DNA from: Oceanispirochaeta sp.
GTDB lineage: Bacteria; Spirochaetota; Spirochaetia; DSM-2461
Assembly: GCA_963666275.2 (NCBI GenBank)
Contig: CAXXOA010000002.1
Span: 736,001-800,000 of the forward strand
Direction of reading: 5' to 3'
Length of the DNA stretch: 64,000 bases
Shown here piece by piece: positions 1-8,728 of the stretch. Made by a program: the position numbers and the translations under genes. The first letter of the stretch is position 1. Every line of letters begins with the position of its first letter. The notes under the pieces were generated by a model. It did no database searches, was not told where the DNA came from, and was given only the letters and a program-made list of their open reading frames with translations.

Positions 1-568
1 CGGTGATGTAAAAATAATCATCCAAAAGCAGTGAGGCTCCGTTATATAAGCCCAGAGTTATACCTGTTTCAGCTGCTTTCACAGGAGCTGATCTGGATGA
101 AATGTCCATGACAATCACTTTGCTTTCAGAATCATTGAGGTATAGAAGATAGTCTCCGGATAGTTTTTCCAGAGGTCCGAATGTAGACATGGGATCTAAA
201 AGCACTGTTTCCGAAAGGACTGTGATGTTATCAGGATCCGAAAGGTCTATAATTGTCAGTATATCTGGGTCTTTCAGAAGATAGAGGTCATCGCCGTCAA
301 ACTCCATATAACAGTTTTGTGAGTAAGTTGTTATTCCCTGGTCGATAAAATCCAGGGAGCCCAGGTGTTTCGGTGCACCGGGTTTATCCAGATCATAGAG
401 TTCCACCCCCTGCCAGCTATTGTCAAAGGCCGCATAATTCCTCTTGTTGTTGAAACTCAGCTCTTCAATAAAGGACAGGGCTAAATCCTCTGTCAGATTC
501 CAGAATGAGCAGGATCCCAGAAAAAGCGATGTTGTCAGAATCAGTATAAAGAATGATATTTTTCTCAT
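1..568 (-). CDS. Lipoprotein with LVIVD-like repeats (putative beta-propeller); 3' end runs off the window
   Basis: My translation from ATG 568: MRKISFFILILTTSLFLGSC (lipobox), then repeats such as GVELYDLDKPGAPKHLG, LTIIDLSDPDNI, VIVMDISSRSAP. ATGA overlap with the stop of the upstream gene. Not in the ORF track because it has no stop in the window. Confidence 0.7.
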   Translation of the reverse strand, partial: MRKISFFILILTTSLFLGSCSFWNLTEDLALSFIEELSFNNKRNYAAFDNSWQGVELYDLDKPGAPKHLGSLDFIDQGITTYSQNCYMEFDGDDLYLLKDPDILTIIDLSDPDNITVLSETVLLDPMSTFGPLEKLSGDYLLYLNDSESKVIVMDISSRSAPVKAAETGITLGLYNGASLLLDDYFYIT

Positions 569-1737
569 AAATAGAACCCTCCTCCCAGCTGGAGCTGTAT
601 GGCCGACTCCCATCCCAGGGACCACTGGTCCAGTGCCACATCCATTTCTCCGAATATCCGGAATCGGGGAAGGATCTTGAATTCTCCTCCCAGGCCCAGT
701 CCGTAGCTGTCCAGATATTCCCAATCCAGATCCGTTCGGAGTATAAACTCACCGTCGTACCTGACCAGAGGATCTATCCTGTAAAATGCCAGACCATAGG
801 GGCGGAGCCTTTTCCGTTCATCATAGTAGATATAGCCCCCTGTCCGGAAAGATATAGGGTAGTGGATAAACAGGGGAGAAAGCATACTGACCGTTGTTCC
901 CAATCCCAGCTCGGCAAACCACCAGCTGGGCAGGATGTAATACGTTCCATACAGGTTTATCATAGATCCGCCTCCGGAAGAGGCTTTCACTGCAAACCGG
1001 GTCAGTTCTTTCTGTTCCATTACGGCATGAATGTTCTGCTCATTATCCATAAAGATCGTTTCGTTATAGGGATAGTATCCCTCTTTCGTAACTTTGACTT
1101 TCACCTCGGCATAGCGGTTCAGGCTTTTTGTCAGAGAATCATCTTCGCCTATGATTCCCACAGCTTCACCGTCAATATAGACCCGGACATCGGGCTGATC
1201 ACTTGTGACATTCAGAGGGACATACTCCTCGTACTTGAACACAGCGCTTTTCTCGACAAGTTGGCCTGTAAAGTTCTGGGTCAGCTGTCCTCCAATCGCT
1301 TTAATCGAATCCACAAGCTGATCCATATTTTCGTAAATCTTATAATAGGATCCCAGAATTTCCGTAGTGGAGACATCTACTGCCTTCAGATCAATGGAAA
1401 GGACCGATCCGATCTGGTCGACAGATCCCATGATCATCACATCCGCAGACAGCATCTTTCCGATCTCTACCGCCGAGTTTTCGTCACTCAGACCGCTCAG
1501 GGAGAATTTGATTTCATCCACCACCTGTTCCCGTCTGCCCCTGTCAATTACCACCACCAGCTCGGTATCTTCGATAGATGAGCTGAGAAGGCTGGTTATT
1601 CCCTTTAATTCCGCGGCTGTTCCGCCGTTTCCTGTCAGTTCCAGTACCGCTACTACAGATTTTTCCTCTTCTGCTGAAAGGGCAAATGCTGAAAGCAGGC
1701 ATAGGAACAGAGTGGGAAGGATCTTCTGCCTTGCCAT
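565..1737 (-). CDS. Exported protein: CsgG/HfaB/TolB-N-like domain + PEGA domain + probable C-terminal beta-barrel
   Basis: Signal peptide; 'VAVLEL...VIDR...AVEIGKMLSADVMIMGSV...LKAVDVST' (CsgG-like); 'VTSDQPDVRVYIDG...VTKEGY' (PEGA); alternating aromatic strands ending LGGGFYL. Start moved to ATG 1737, which follows a GGAGA RBS. Confidence 0.7.
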   Translation of the reverse strand: MARQKILPTLFLCLLSAFALSAEEEKSVVAVLELTGNGGTAAELKGITSLLSSSIEDTELVVVIDRGRREQVVDEIKFSLSGLSDENSAVEIGKMLSADVMIMGSVDQIGSVLSIDLKAVDVSTTEILGSYYKIYENMDQLVDSIKAIGGQLTQNFTGQLVEKSAVFKYEEYVPLNVTSDQPDVRVYIDGEAVGIIGEDDSLTKSLNRYAEVKVKVTKEGYYPYNETIFMDNEQNIHAVMEQKELTRFAVKASSGGGSMINLYGTYYILPSWWFAELGLGTTVSMLSPLFIHYPISFRTGGYIYYDERKRLRPYGLAFYRIDPLVRYDGEFILRTDLDWEYLDSYGLGLGGEFKILPRFRIFGEMDVALDQWSLGWESAIQLQLGGGFYL

Positions 1738-1925
1738 GTTGTCTCCCGTAAAAATCATGAGGTTGAATATTTAAATGATCCGGAGGATTAAATAATTTCC
1801 TTTTATTAATTGGCCTTTTAAATATTTATTTATTTTTATCAATCTATTCTGTTTCTGTAAAGAAGGATAGCTGACTTTCAGATCCTCCGGTTTCTGCAGA
1901 AAATTCCACTTTGTGGGACCCTCCA

Positions 1926-1954
1926 TTGACATTTCCCTGTAATAAGCCTATAGT
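1926..1954 (+). promoter_or_regulatory. Sigma70-type promoter of the RRM gene
   Basis: TTGACA (1926-1931), 17 bp spacer, TATAGT (1949-1954). Confidence 0.7.
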
Positions 1955-2114
1955 TTTATTCAACAGTTTGATATTTTTATATGTAGAAACGTTATATTGT
2001 TTTCATTGTGATCCATTCTTTTGTTTCCTGTCTTCAATTTCCGGTTCCCACAGTTCAATAATCATTCCGTGAAATTAATTTAATACCGGAAAAAATTCCG
2101 GAACAGGAGACATT

Positions 2115-2384
2115 ATGTCCAAGAAAATTTATGTAGGTAACCTTAGCTGGAATACCACCGAAAACGATCTGAGCAGCCTTTTCGCACAGTACGGAGAAGT
2201 AATCTCTGTAAACATCATTACTGACAGAGACACAAACCGTTCAAAAGGTTTTGGTTTTATCGAAATGGCTGATGATGATGCAGCAGCTGCCGCAATTTCA
2301 ACTTTCAACGGTACAGAACTTGACGGTCGTAACCTGAGAGTCAATGAAGCTGAGAATAGAGAGAGAAGCAACAGACGCTACTAA
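2115..2384 (+). CDS. RNA recognition motif (RRM) RNA-binding protein
   Basis: RNP2 IYVGNL and RNP1 KGFGFIEM motifs; AGGAGA RBS. Confidence 0.95.
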   Translation: MSKKIYVGNLSWNTTENDLSSLFAQYGEVISVNIITDRDTNRSKGFGFIEMADDDAAAAAISTFNGTELDGRNLRVNEAENRERSNRRY

Positions 2385-2400
2385 GCGTTTCTTCTCTGTA

Positions 2401-2437
2401 AAAAAAGAAAGGATCGGTTACGATCCTTCTTTTTTTT
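2401..2437 (+). terminator. Intrinsic terminator, probably bidirectional
   Basis: A-run, AAGGATCG-GTTA-CGATCCTT stem-loop, T-run. Confidence 0.8.
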
Positions 2438-2466
2438 ATACTTAAACTCTGTTCAGGGAGCCGAAA

Positions 2467-2673
2467 TTGGCAAAACATAGATACTCAGCTGACAAACGTC
2501 AAAAAGAAATAAAGAGACAGAAAGCCCAGCAGGCAAAAAAAATGCGCCGGGAACTGAAAGGAACCCCTGAAGCTGAAAGGGATGAGCAGTCCCTGATAAA
2601 CGAATATCTGGGACTTCCTCCTGAACCGGAACCGTCAGAAGATGAAGAGGATCAGGATCTGGAGCAGGAATAG
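2467..2673 (+). CDS. Small charge-polarised hypothetical protein (basic N-terminus, acidic C-terminus)
   Basis: TTG start after AGGGAG; MAKHRYSADKRQKEIKRQK...EDEEDQDLEQE. Confidence 0.7.
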   Translation: MAKHRYSADKRQKEIKRQKAQQAKKMRRELKGTPEAERDEQSLINEYLGLPPEPEPSEDEEDQDLEQE

Positions 2674-2886
2674 AGAAAAATTGACAGAATTTGTTTTCAG
2701 TCAGATTTCATATGATTCTTTTCAGCCCTTATCCCTCATCAGTCATGATCATTGATGTGCCGGGAGCAGGAATCGCTGTTTTATATCCCCTTCCAAATCG
2801 AAAGTCATCCCCTGTATAATTTTCCTGATAGAAGCCGTAAAACTTATTTGTGGTTATACTTTAGTATGCTAAAAACAGGGGAGAAC

Positions 2887-3339
2887 ATGATGAAAATCTG
2901 GGTCGATGCAGACGCCTGTCCCGTGGCGATAAAAGAGATCCTGTTCAGATGTGCCGACCGCAGGAATATTTCCGTTATACTTGTGGCAAATCAGACTTTG
3001 AAAATACCGAAATCACCCTACATCTCTTTCAAAAAAGTTGCCGCCGGGTTTGATGTGGCAGATAACGAAATTGTCAAACAGATGTCTCCGGGGGATCTGG
3101 TTATTACCGCCGATATTCCTCTGGCTTCCGAGGTGATCGATGAAGGGGGAATGGCGTTGAATCCCAGGGGCGAACTTTATACCAGCGAAAATGTAAAATC
3201 CCGTCTGGCCATGCGAAACCTGATGGATACTCTCCGTTCGGGGGGAATGGACACGGGAGGTCCCGCCGCACTGAATAAAAAAGATATCCAGGCATTTGCC
3301 AATCAGCTGGACCGCTGGTTAACAAAAAATCTGAAATAG
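2887..3339 (+). CDS. YaiI/YqxD (UPF0178) family protein
   Basis: [17 protein letters not shown] and [11 protein letters not shown] motifs; start moved to ATG 2887 after GGGGAG. Confidence 0.9.
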   Translation: MMKIWVDADACPVAIKEILFRCADRRNISVILVANQTLKIPKSPYISFKKVAAGFDVADNEIVKQMSPGDLVITADIPLASEVIDEGGMALNPRGELYTSENVKSRLAMRNLMDTLRSGGMDTGGPAALNKKDIQAFANQLDRWLTKNLK

Positions 3340-3491
3340 CGTTTTCACCTTTTCGGATTACACACTCTTCCATTCAAAACCCCGGGACGGTAAGCTTACC
3401 GGTTCTACTGAACCGGCTATGGCCTGTTCTTATTGAACTCTATTAAAGGTTAATCATCCACCGAAGTGGGATCTCCGGAAAATGTTTCTGC

Positions 3492-3557
3492 CATAAGCTT
3501 CTCTTATGAAGAGATAAAAAAAACTCGTTTTATCCGTTCAATAATTATCGATATAAT
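3492..3557 (+). promoter_or_regulatory. LysR-type T-N11-A box plus -10 element upstream of the flavoprotein gene
   Basis: Perfect dyad CATAAG-N5-CTTATG (3492-3508) and TATAAT (3552-3557); a LysR gene lies immediately downstream of the target. Confidence 0.6.
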
Positions 3558-3652
3558 AATACTGAAAATACCTAAGCCTCCCGGACTTCCGAATCTTTTA
3601 TCGCTCTATTTCATACGGGAGTCCGGGCTGCGGCGGTTAAATGGAGTATAAA

Positions 3653-6007
3653 ATGATAAATAAAACAGGAAAACCCATTCGGGCGGGACTCATGGTCCTG
3701 GTTCTTCTGCTGGCCCTGGCAGGGTGCGGAATAAAAGCCGGCAACTTCACAGACGGATCCTTTTCCGGCAGTGAAAAAGGTTACGGCGGAGATGTGACTG
3801 TGGTCCTTACAGTTTCAGGCGGGAAAATTAAAAACGTCGATATTTCCGGCGATAAAGAAACCCCCTCTGTGGGACAGGCTGCTTTTGATAAACTTGCCGC
3901 CTCCATACTGGATAGTCAGAGTGCGGATATTGAGGCTGTTTCCGGAGCATCTTTCACAAGTAAAGCTGTTATCGGTGCTGCCGAAAAAGCTGTTGCTGCT
4001 GCAAAAGGGATCTCAGCGGAAGCCATTGAGCCCGTATCCATGGCAGATGGAACCTATACGGCGGAAACCTGGTCTTTCTCTCCGAACTTTCCCCTGCAGG
4101 TCAGTGTAGAGGTCAGTGATAATAAATTCACAGGAATTGAAATTATCGGGGGGAACGATACCAAACCGATCCTTCAGAGTGCCATTGATCTTCTGATTCC
4201 CAGAATGATTGAAAACCAGTCTGTTACTGTTGATTCCATAACAGGCGCCACAACTTCCAGTAATGGTATCAAGGCGGCAACAGAAGACTGTCTTGTTCAG
4301 GCTATTCAGGCCGCAGGCGGCGATGTCAAATCTGTCAAAGCCTTCTATGTGAATGCGGATAAGAAAAGCGAGACCCTTCAGATCGAGACAGATGTCCTGG
4401 TTGTGGGAATGGGCGGTTCGGGAATTGCCACCGCTGTCCGTGCTGCTGAAGAACTCTATGCTGCCAATGGAAACAACCCGGAAGCCGTCAATGTACTTGG
4501 GATCGACAAAGCCGGTAAATACGGCGGAACCAGTGCTGTGACCTCTTCTCCCATGTCAATCAATCCGCCTTCCTTTGTAGCGTCCAATGGCGGTAAGGAT
4601 TATGTGGATGTGGATGTGCTGAAGGCAGCCTGGATTGATTATACCGAAGGGGATGCCAAAGAGTGGTCTATCGATTACATGATGAACGAATCGGGCAACG
4701 CCACCGACTGGCTGATGGAACGGGGATTTGATTTCGGAGCACCTATGCAGGGCCTTTCTGAACCTTATGAAGCTGTTGTCGCTTACGGCGGACAGTTTGG
4801 AATCAAGAAAGAAATTGTTGCCGGGTATTTTGATACCATCATGGAGCTCTACGCTGAAATCGGCGGAGAGTATATGCTTGAAACTTCCGCTACCGATCTG
4901 CTTACCGATGCTTCCGGGAATGTAACAGGTGTTCTGGCAGAGAATGCGGACGGAACAAAATACGAAATCCATGCGAAGAGTGTTGTTCTGGCAACAGGCG
5001 GTTTTGCGGGAAGTGGTGAGATGACCAACCGCTATCTCTCTACAGAGTATTATCCTCTGACCGGAGAGGCCTACAATCATTACGGTATGCGTCAGAATGA
5101 CGGAGCCATGATTCAGGCTGCCATTGATAAGGGAGCGGCCACCTATAACATCGGAGTTCCTCCCATAAGCCATATCGGCGGGGCTGCCGCGATCATGCAT
5201 GAGTACGAAGTAACCCCCATTGAAGGTTCCTTTGACCTCTGGACAGGACGGGAAGCAACCAGATCTCTTAACGATATTCCCATGATGATGGCTGTGGCTC
5301 CCAATGCTATGGCTGTAAACAGTGCCGGAGTCCGTTTTGTTGATGAAACATCCCTTGGTTCTTATGGAAACTGGCAGGCCGGTCCCCGGTTCTACACCAT
5401 ATGGTCCAATGAAATGATCGATGAGATTAAAGAGACTGGACTGCGTTTCGATTCAAACGGTCTGTTTGTCAATCAGGGAGGATGGCCTATCAATACTCCT
5501 GTCGAGAATGTCTATGAAGTCCTGGATAAAGCCGTCAGTCATGGTATTGCTGTGAAAGCCGACTCTCTCTCCGCTCTGGCGGAATCTCTGGAGATGGATC
5601 CCGCAGTACTGGAAACCACAGTGGAAAACTACAATGTCTACTGTGACAGCAGGGAAAATCCAGCCGACGGAATCACAAAAAGTTCTGTTGTTTATGGTCT
5701 GTCGGGAATGCCCATTGATAATACAAACAGCACCTTTGAAAAAGTGGAAGGTGATGGTCCCTATTATGCCGTCATCGGATCCCCCTGTGTCTACTCCACC
5801 ACCGGTGGTCTGGACATCAATGAGAAGTTTCAGGTTCTGGGCAAGGACGGCAGCGTTATCAATGGTCTCTATGCTGTAGGAACCGATTCTATCGGTGTTA
5901 TGCTGACAGAGAAGAAAGAGTATGTCGCCTATGGCGGCGCCGCACAGGGCTGGGCTTTTACTTCAGGTTATCTGGCTGGTGCTATCGTAGCAGATGCCGT
6001 AAAATAG
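3653..6007 (+). CDS. Lipoprotein oxidoreductase: two FMN-binding (flavinylation) domains + FAD_binding_2 (flavocytochrome c/UrdA-like) domain; substrate unknown
   Basis: Lipobox LALAGC; EAVSGAS and DSITGAT motifs; DVLVVGMGGSG, VLATGGF, GLYAVG. Start moved to ATG 3653 after GGAG. Confidence 0.85.
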   Translation: MINKTGKPIRAGLMVLVLLLALAGCGIKAGNFTDGSFSGSEKGYGGDVTVVLTVSGGKIKNVDISGDKETPSVGQAAFDKLAASILDSQSADIEAVSGASFTSKAVIGAAEKAVAAAKGISAEAIEPVSMADGTYTAETWSFSPNFPLQVSVEVSDNKFTGIEIIGGNDTKPILQSAIDLLIPRMIENQSVTVDSITGATTSSNGIKAATEDCLVQAIQAAGGDVKSVKAFYVNADKKSETLQIETDVLVVGMGGSGIATAVRAAEELYAANGNNPEAVNVLGIDKAGKYGGTSAVTSSPMSINPPSFVASNGGKDYVDVDVLKAAWIDYTEGDAKEWSIDYMMNESGNATDWLMERGFDFGAPMQGLSEPYEAVVAYGGQFGIKKEIVAGYFDTIMELYAEIGGEYMLETSATDLLTDASGNVTGVLAENADGTKYEIHAKSVVLATGGFAGSGEMTNRYLSTEYYPLTGEAYNHYGMRQNDGAMIQAAIDKGAATYNIGVPPISHIGGAAAIMHEYEVTPIEGSFDLWTGREATRSLNDIPMMMAVAPNAMAVNSAGVRFVDETSLGSYGNWQAGPRFYTIWSNEMIDEIKETGLRFDSNGLFVNQGGWPINTPVENVYEVLDKAVSHGIAVKADSLSALAESLEMDPAVLETTVENYNVYCDSRENPADGITKSSVVYGLSGMPIDNTNSTFEKVEGDGPYYAVIGSPCVYSTTGGLDINEKFQVLGKDGSVINGLYAVGTDSIGVMLTEKKEYVAYGGAAQGWAFTSGYLAGAIVADAVK

Positions 6008-6034
6008 CTCTCCTTCTGATAAAAATACATCAGG

Positions 6035-6073
6035 AAAACCCATACCGGTTTCAACCCGGTATGGGTTTTTTTT
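6035..6073 (+). terminator. Intrinsic terminator
   Basis: AAAACCCATACCGG-loop-CCGGTATGGGTTTT followed by a T-run. Confidence 0.8.
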
Positions 6074-6116
6074 GGTATTTGCTGTAGTTTATGTACCTAT
6101 CAGAGGGAGATTCATT

Positions 6117-7007
6117 ATGGATATGGTCGGTTTAAAGTACTTTATCAGTGCCGCAAAACAACTCAATTTTACCAAAGCCGCCGATGAGTGCTGTATCACC
6201 CAGACCGCTATGAGCCTCCATATTGCCAAAATAGAGAAAGAACTGGGATTCAAACTGTTTAACAGGAACCGACGCTCCGTTTCCCTCACACCGGGAGGAG
6301 CTGTATTCCTGAGGGAAGCGGAAAAAATCCTGAGACAGTATACAGAAGCGGTCCAGAGGAGCGGCAGTGCGGCAGTGGGGCACGAAGGGGTCCTCCGGCT
6401 GGGGTTTACCAACTTTATCGAAAGGGCTTTTTTTCCCGAGCTGATCGGCCGGTTTCATACCCTCTATCCCCGTATTGAAATTGTATTGAACAAGAATGAG
6501 CAGCCCTCTCTGATACAGGATCTGAAGCAGGGACTGAACGATGTTTCGGTTGTTTTTCCCTATAACGTGGAAGACGATGATGAAATCTGTGTAGAAACCT
6601 TCTGCTCCTACGATATCTGTGCAGTGGTAGGACAGGATCACCCCTTCTCCGGAAAAGGGGAAATCTCGCTGACTGAGCTTCAGAATGATCCCGTCATTAT
6701 CAGTACCGGGACCAAGCTGCCCATGGTTCATAAGAGGATGCACCGGGACTGGCTTAACAATCATTTCTCTCCTGACAAAGTCATAGAAGCGGACAGTGCG
6801 GACGCCATGCTCTTCCTGGTGGAGGCCGGTTTCGGAAGTGCTCTGATGCCATCCTGCGTCAGGCAGGTTCAGAATGAAAAGCTGAAAGTCCTGGATCTGA
6901 AGGGTGCGCCATTTAAAATCGATATGGCCGTCGCCTATATCCGGGAGAGTGAAAATCCCGCATTGGAGCTTTTTCTGACAGCTTTGAAAGAGTATCTGAA
7001 GGAATAG
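6117..7007 (+). CDS. LysR-family transcriptional regulator
   Basis: LNFTKAADECCITQTAMSLHIAKIEKELGFKLFNR HTH; start at ATG 6117 after GGGAGA. Confidence 0.93.
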   Translation: MDMVGLKYFISAAKQLNFTKAADECCITQTAMSLHIAKIEKELGFKLFNRNRRSVSLTPGGAVFLREAEKILRQYTEAVQRSGSAAVGHEGVLRLGFTNFIERAFFPELIGRFHTLYPRIEIVLNKNEQPSLIQDLKQGLNDVSVVFPYNVEDDDEICVETFCSYDICAVVGQDHPFSGKGEISLTELQNDPVIISTGTKLPMVHKRMHRDWLNNHFSPDKVIEADSADAMLFLVEAGFGSALMPSCVRQVQNEKLKVLDLKGAPFKIDMAVAYIRESENPALELFLTALKEYLKE

Positions 7008-7100
7008 GGTTTCCGGGGAATGCCGTTTCAAAAGGGGCCCGGGTAATTCAAAAATCGCTCACAGCACAATGAGATAAAACCTCTCTTTTTGTATTATCTG

Positions 7101-7144
7101 TTGACAAGGGCCGGACAAAATATATAGAAATGTAGATATATCTA
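7101..7144 (+). promoter_or_regulatory. Probable promoter with palindromic operator
   Basis: TTGACA at 7101-7106, AT-rich -10 region, perfect palindrome TAGATATATCTA at 7133-7144. Confidence 0.4.
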
Positions 7145-7184
7145 AAACAATATATAATTATAGTTATATTTCTGGAGCTCATAC

Positions 7185-8672
7185 ATGAAACTGTTTTTTA
7201 ACCCCCTGACAGCCAAACCAACCTACAATGTCCGGGCCCAAAGAACCTTTACTGTCATTCGAAAGTACTCTTTTCTCTTCACCCTGCTTGTCGCTTTAGC
7301 CGGCCAGTTGGAACCGAAACTGGGATTGCTGGTTATTCCCGTGATGATCGGATTAATCCTGGCCTCTTTCTTCAAGGGGCGCTACTGGTGCGGAAACATC
7401 TGTGCTCATGGAAGCCTGTTTGATTCCTTTCTGTTTCCTCTCAGCCGAAATGGAAAAATTCCCCGGTTTCTGGGATGGGCCATTGTTTCCGTGATGGTAC
7501 TAGCATGGTTCGGCTTCCGCATGGGATCCGGGTTTGTCCGGGCTTCCGGATTTTATGGAACCCCCGGATTCTGGGACAGAATGGGTATGGTTTTTGTCAA
7601 CAGCTATATGATGGTGGTTATCGCCGGTTCTGTTCTCGGACTTGTTGTGAGCCCCAGAACCTGGTGCAATTTCTGCCCCATGGGAGCCATGCAGAAGGTT
7701 TCCCACTTTCTGGGCAGAAAGGCCAAGGTCACCTCTTCCACAGAAGAAAAGGTGACCATTTCCAATACCCGGGAGTGCCACAAGTGCGGAAAGTGCGCCA
7801 GAGTCTGTCCCATGCAGCTCTCTCCTTATGACAGTTTTAATTCGAAAAACCAGCTGGATAATGTTAACTGTCTGAAATGTTCCACCTGTGTTGTCCATTG
7901 TCCAGCCGGAATTCTTACCCTGGCAAATGAGAAAACAGCGGACTTTATTTTCAGAAAGGTGAAAAAGGAAGCGGGAAAAGACAGAAAGCGTTTTGAAACC
8001 ACTGTCTATAAAGTAACTCAGCTTAAAGAGGATGTAAAAGAGTTTATCTTCCAGCTGACGGACGATAGCATCCGGTTCACTCCCGGCCAGTTTATCCTGG
8101 TGAGAATCGAAGAAAAACCCGAGATGTTCCGGGCTTTTTCTGTCTCCCGTTTTGATATAAACAGTAGACAGATAGGTGTGACTGTTAAAAAGGCTCCCGC
8201 CGGCTATGGTACGGATATTCTGTTCAACTCTTTCTCCGAAGGTATGACCGCAGTTCTGGAGGGACCGATCGGAGATGAACTGGTGATCGATAAAGATTCC
8301 AGAAAAGCTGTCTTTGTGGGAGGAGGTATAGGTATTACTCCTTTCCTGCCTCTGGTTCAGGACGCTATTGAGAGGGATCATATTGAAGAGGTCAAACTGA
8401 TTTACGGGGTCAATAAAGAGGATGAGATCCTCTATGCCCGTGAATTTGAAAAGCTTGAAAAAGAGAGCAGCAAGTTCGAATTTATCCGGGTTGTCGCTTT
8501 TGATGAAAACTGGAAAGGTGAGAAAGGCTTTGTGACCAATGTCATGGAGAAGCTTGATCTGAAAGACAATGTGATCTATATGTGCGGTCCCCCTCCCATG
8601 ATCAATGCCTCCAGGGCCAAACTGTCGGACCTCGGGATTGACGAAGAGAGGATCCGTTACGAAAGCGCCTGA
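7185..8672 (+). CDS. Membrane NapH/MauN-like Fe-S domain + 2[4Fe-4S] ferredoxin + FNR-type FAD/NAD(P)H domain fusion
   Basis: TM helices with RYWCGNICAHG and RTWCNFCPMG; CHKCGKCARVCP and CLKCSTCVVHCP; FTPGQF, RAFSV, GGGIGITP, MCGPPPMI. Confidence 0.85.
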   Translation: MKLFFNPLTAKPTYNVRAQRTFTVIRKYSFLFTLLVALAGQLEPKLGLLVIPVMIGLILASFFKGRYWCGNICAHGSLFDSFLFPLSRNGKIPRFLGWAIVSVMVLAWFGFRMGSGFVRASGFYGTPGFWDRMGMVFVNSYMMVVIAGSVLGLVVSPRTWCNFCPMGAMQKVSHFLGRKAKVTSSTEEKVTISNTRECHKCGKCARVCPMQLSPYDSFNSKNQLDNVNCLKCSTCVVHCPAGILTLANEKTADFIFRKVKKEAGKDRKRFETTVYKVTQLKEDVKEFIFQLTDDSIRFTPGQFILVRIEEKPEMFRAFSVSRFDINSRQIGVTVKKAPAGYGTDILFNSFSEGMTAVLEGPIGDELVIDKDSRKAVFVGGGIGITPFLPLVQDAIERDHIEEVKLIYGVNKEDEILYAREFEKLEKESSKFEFIRVVAFDENWKGEKGFVTNVMEKLDLKDNVIYMCGPPPMINASRAKLSDLGIDEERIRYESA

Positions 8673-8728
8673 TTCAGACTTTCTCTCAGGCAGATTCAGA
8701 GGAGACTCATGAATCTGCCGGGAGTTGA

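Noticed and set aside
3388..3401. Perfect 14-bp palindrome CGGTAAGCTTACCG
   Set aside because: Single occurrence with no assignable regulator; could be chance or part of a terminator.
3653..6007. Naming the gene urdA or frdA/fccA
   Set aside because: The diagnostic active-site motifs do not match, so no gene symbol was given.
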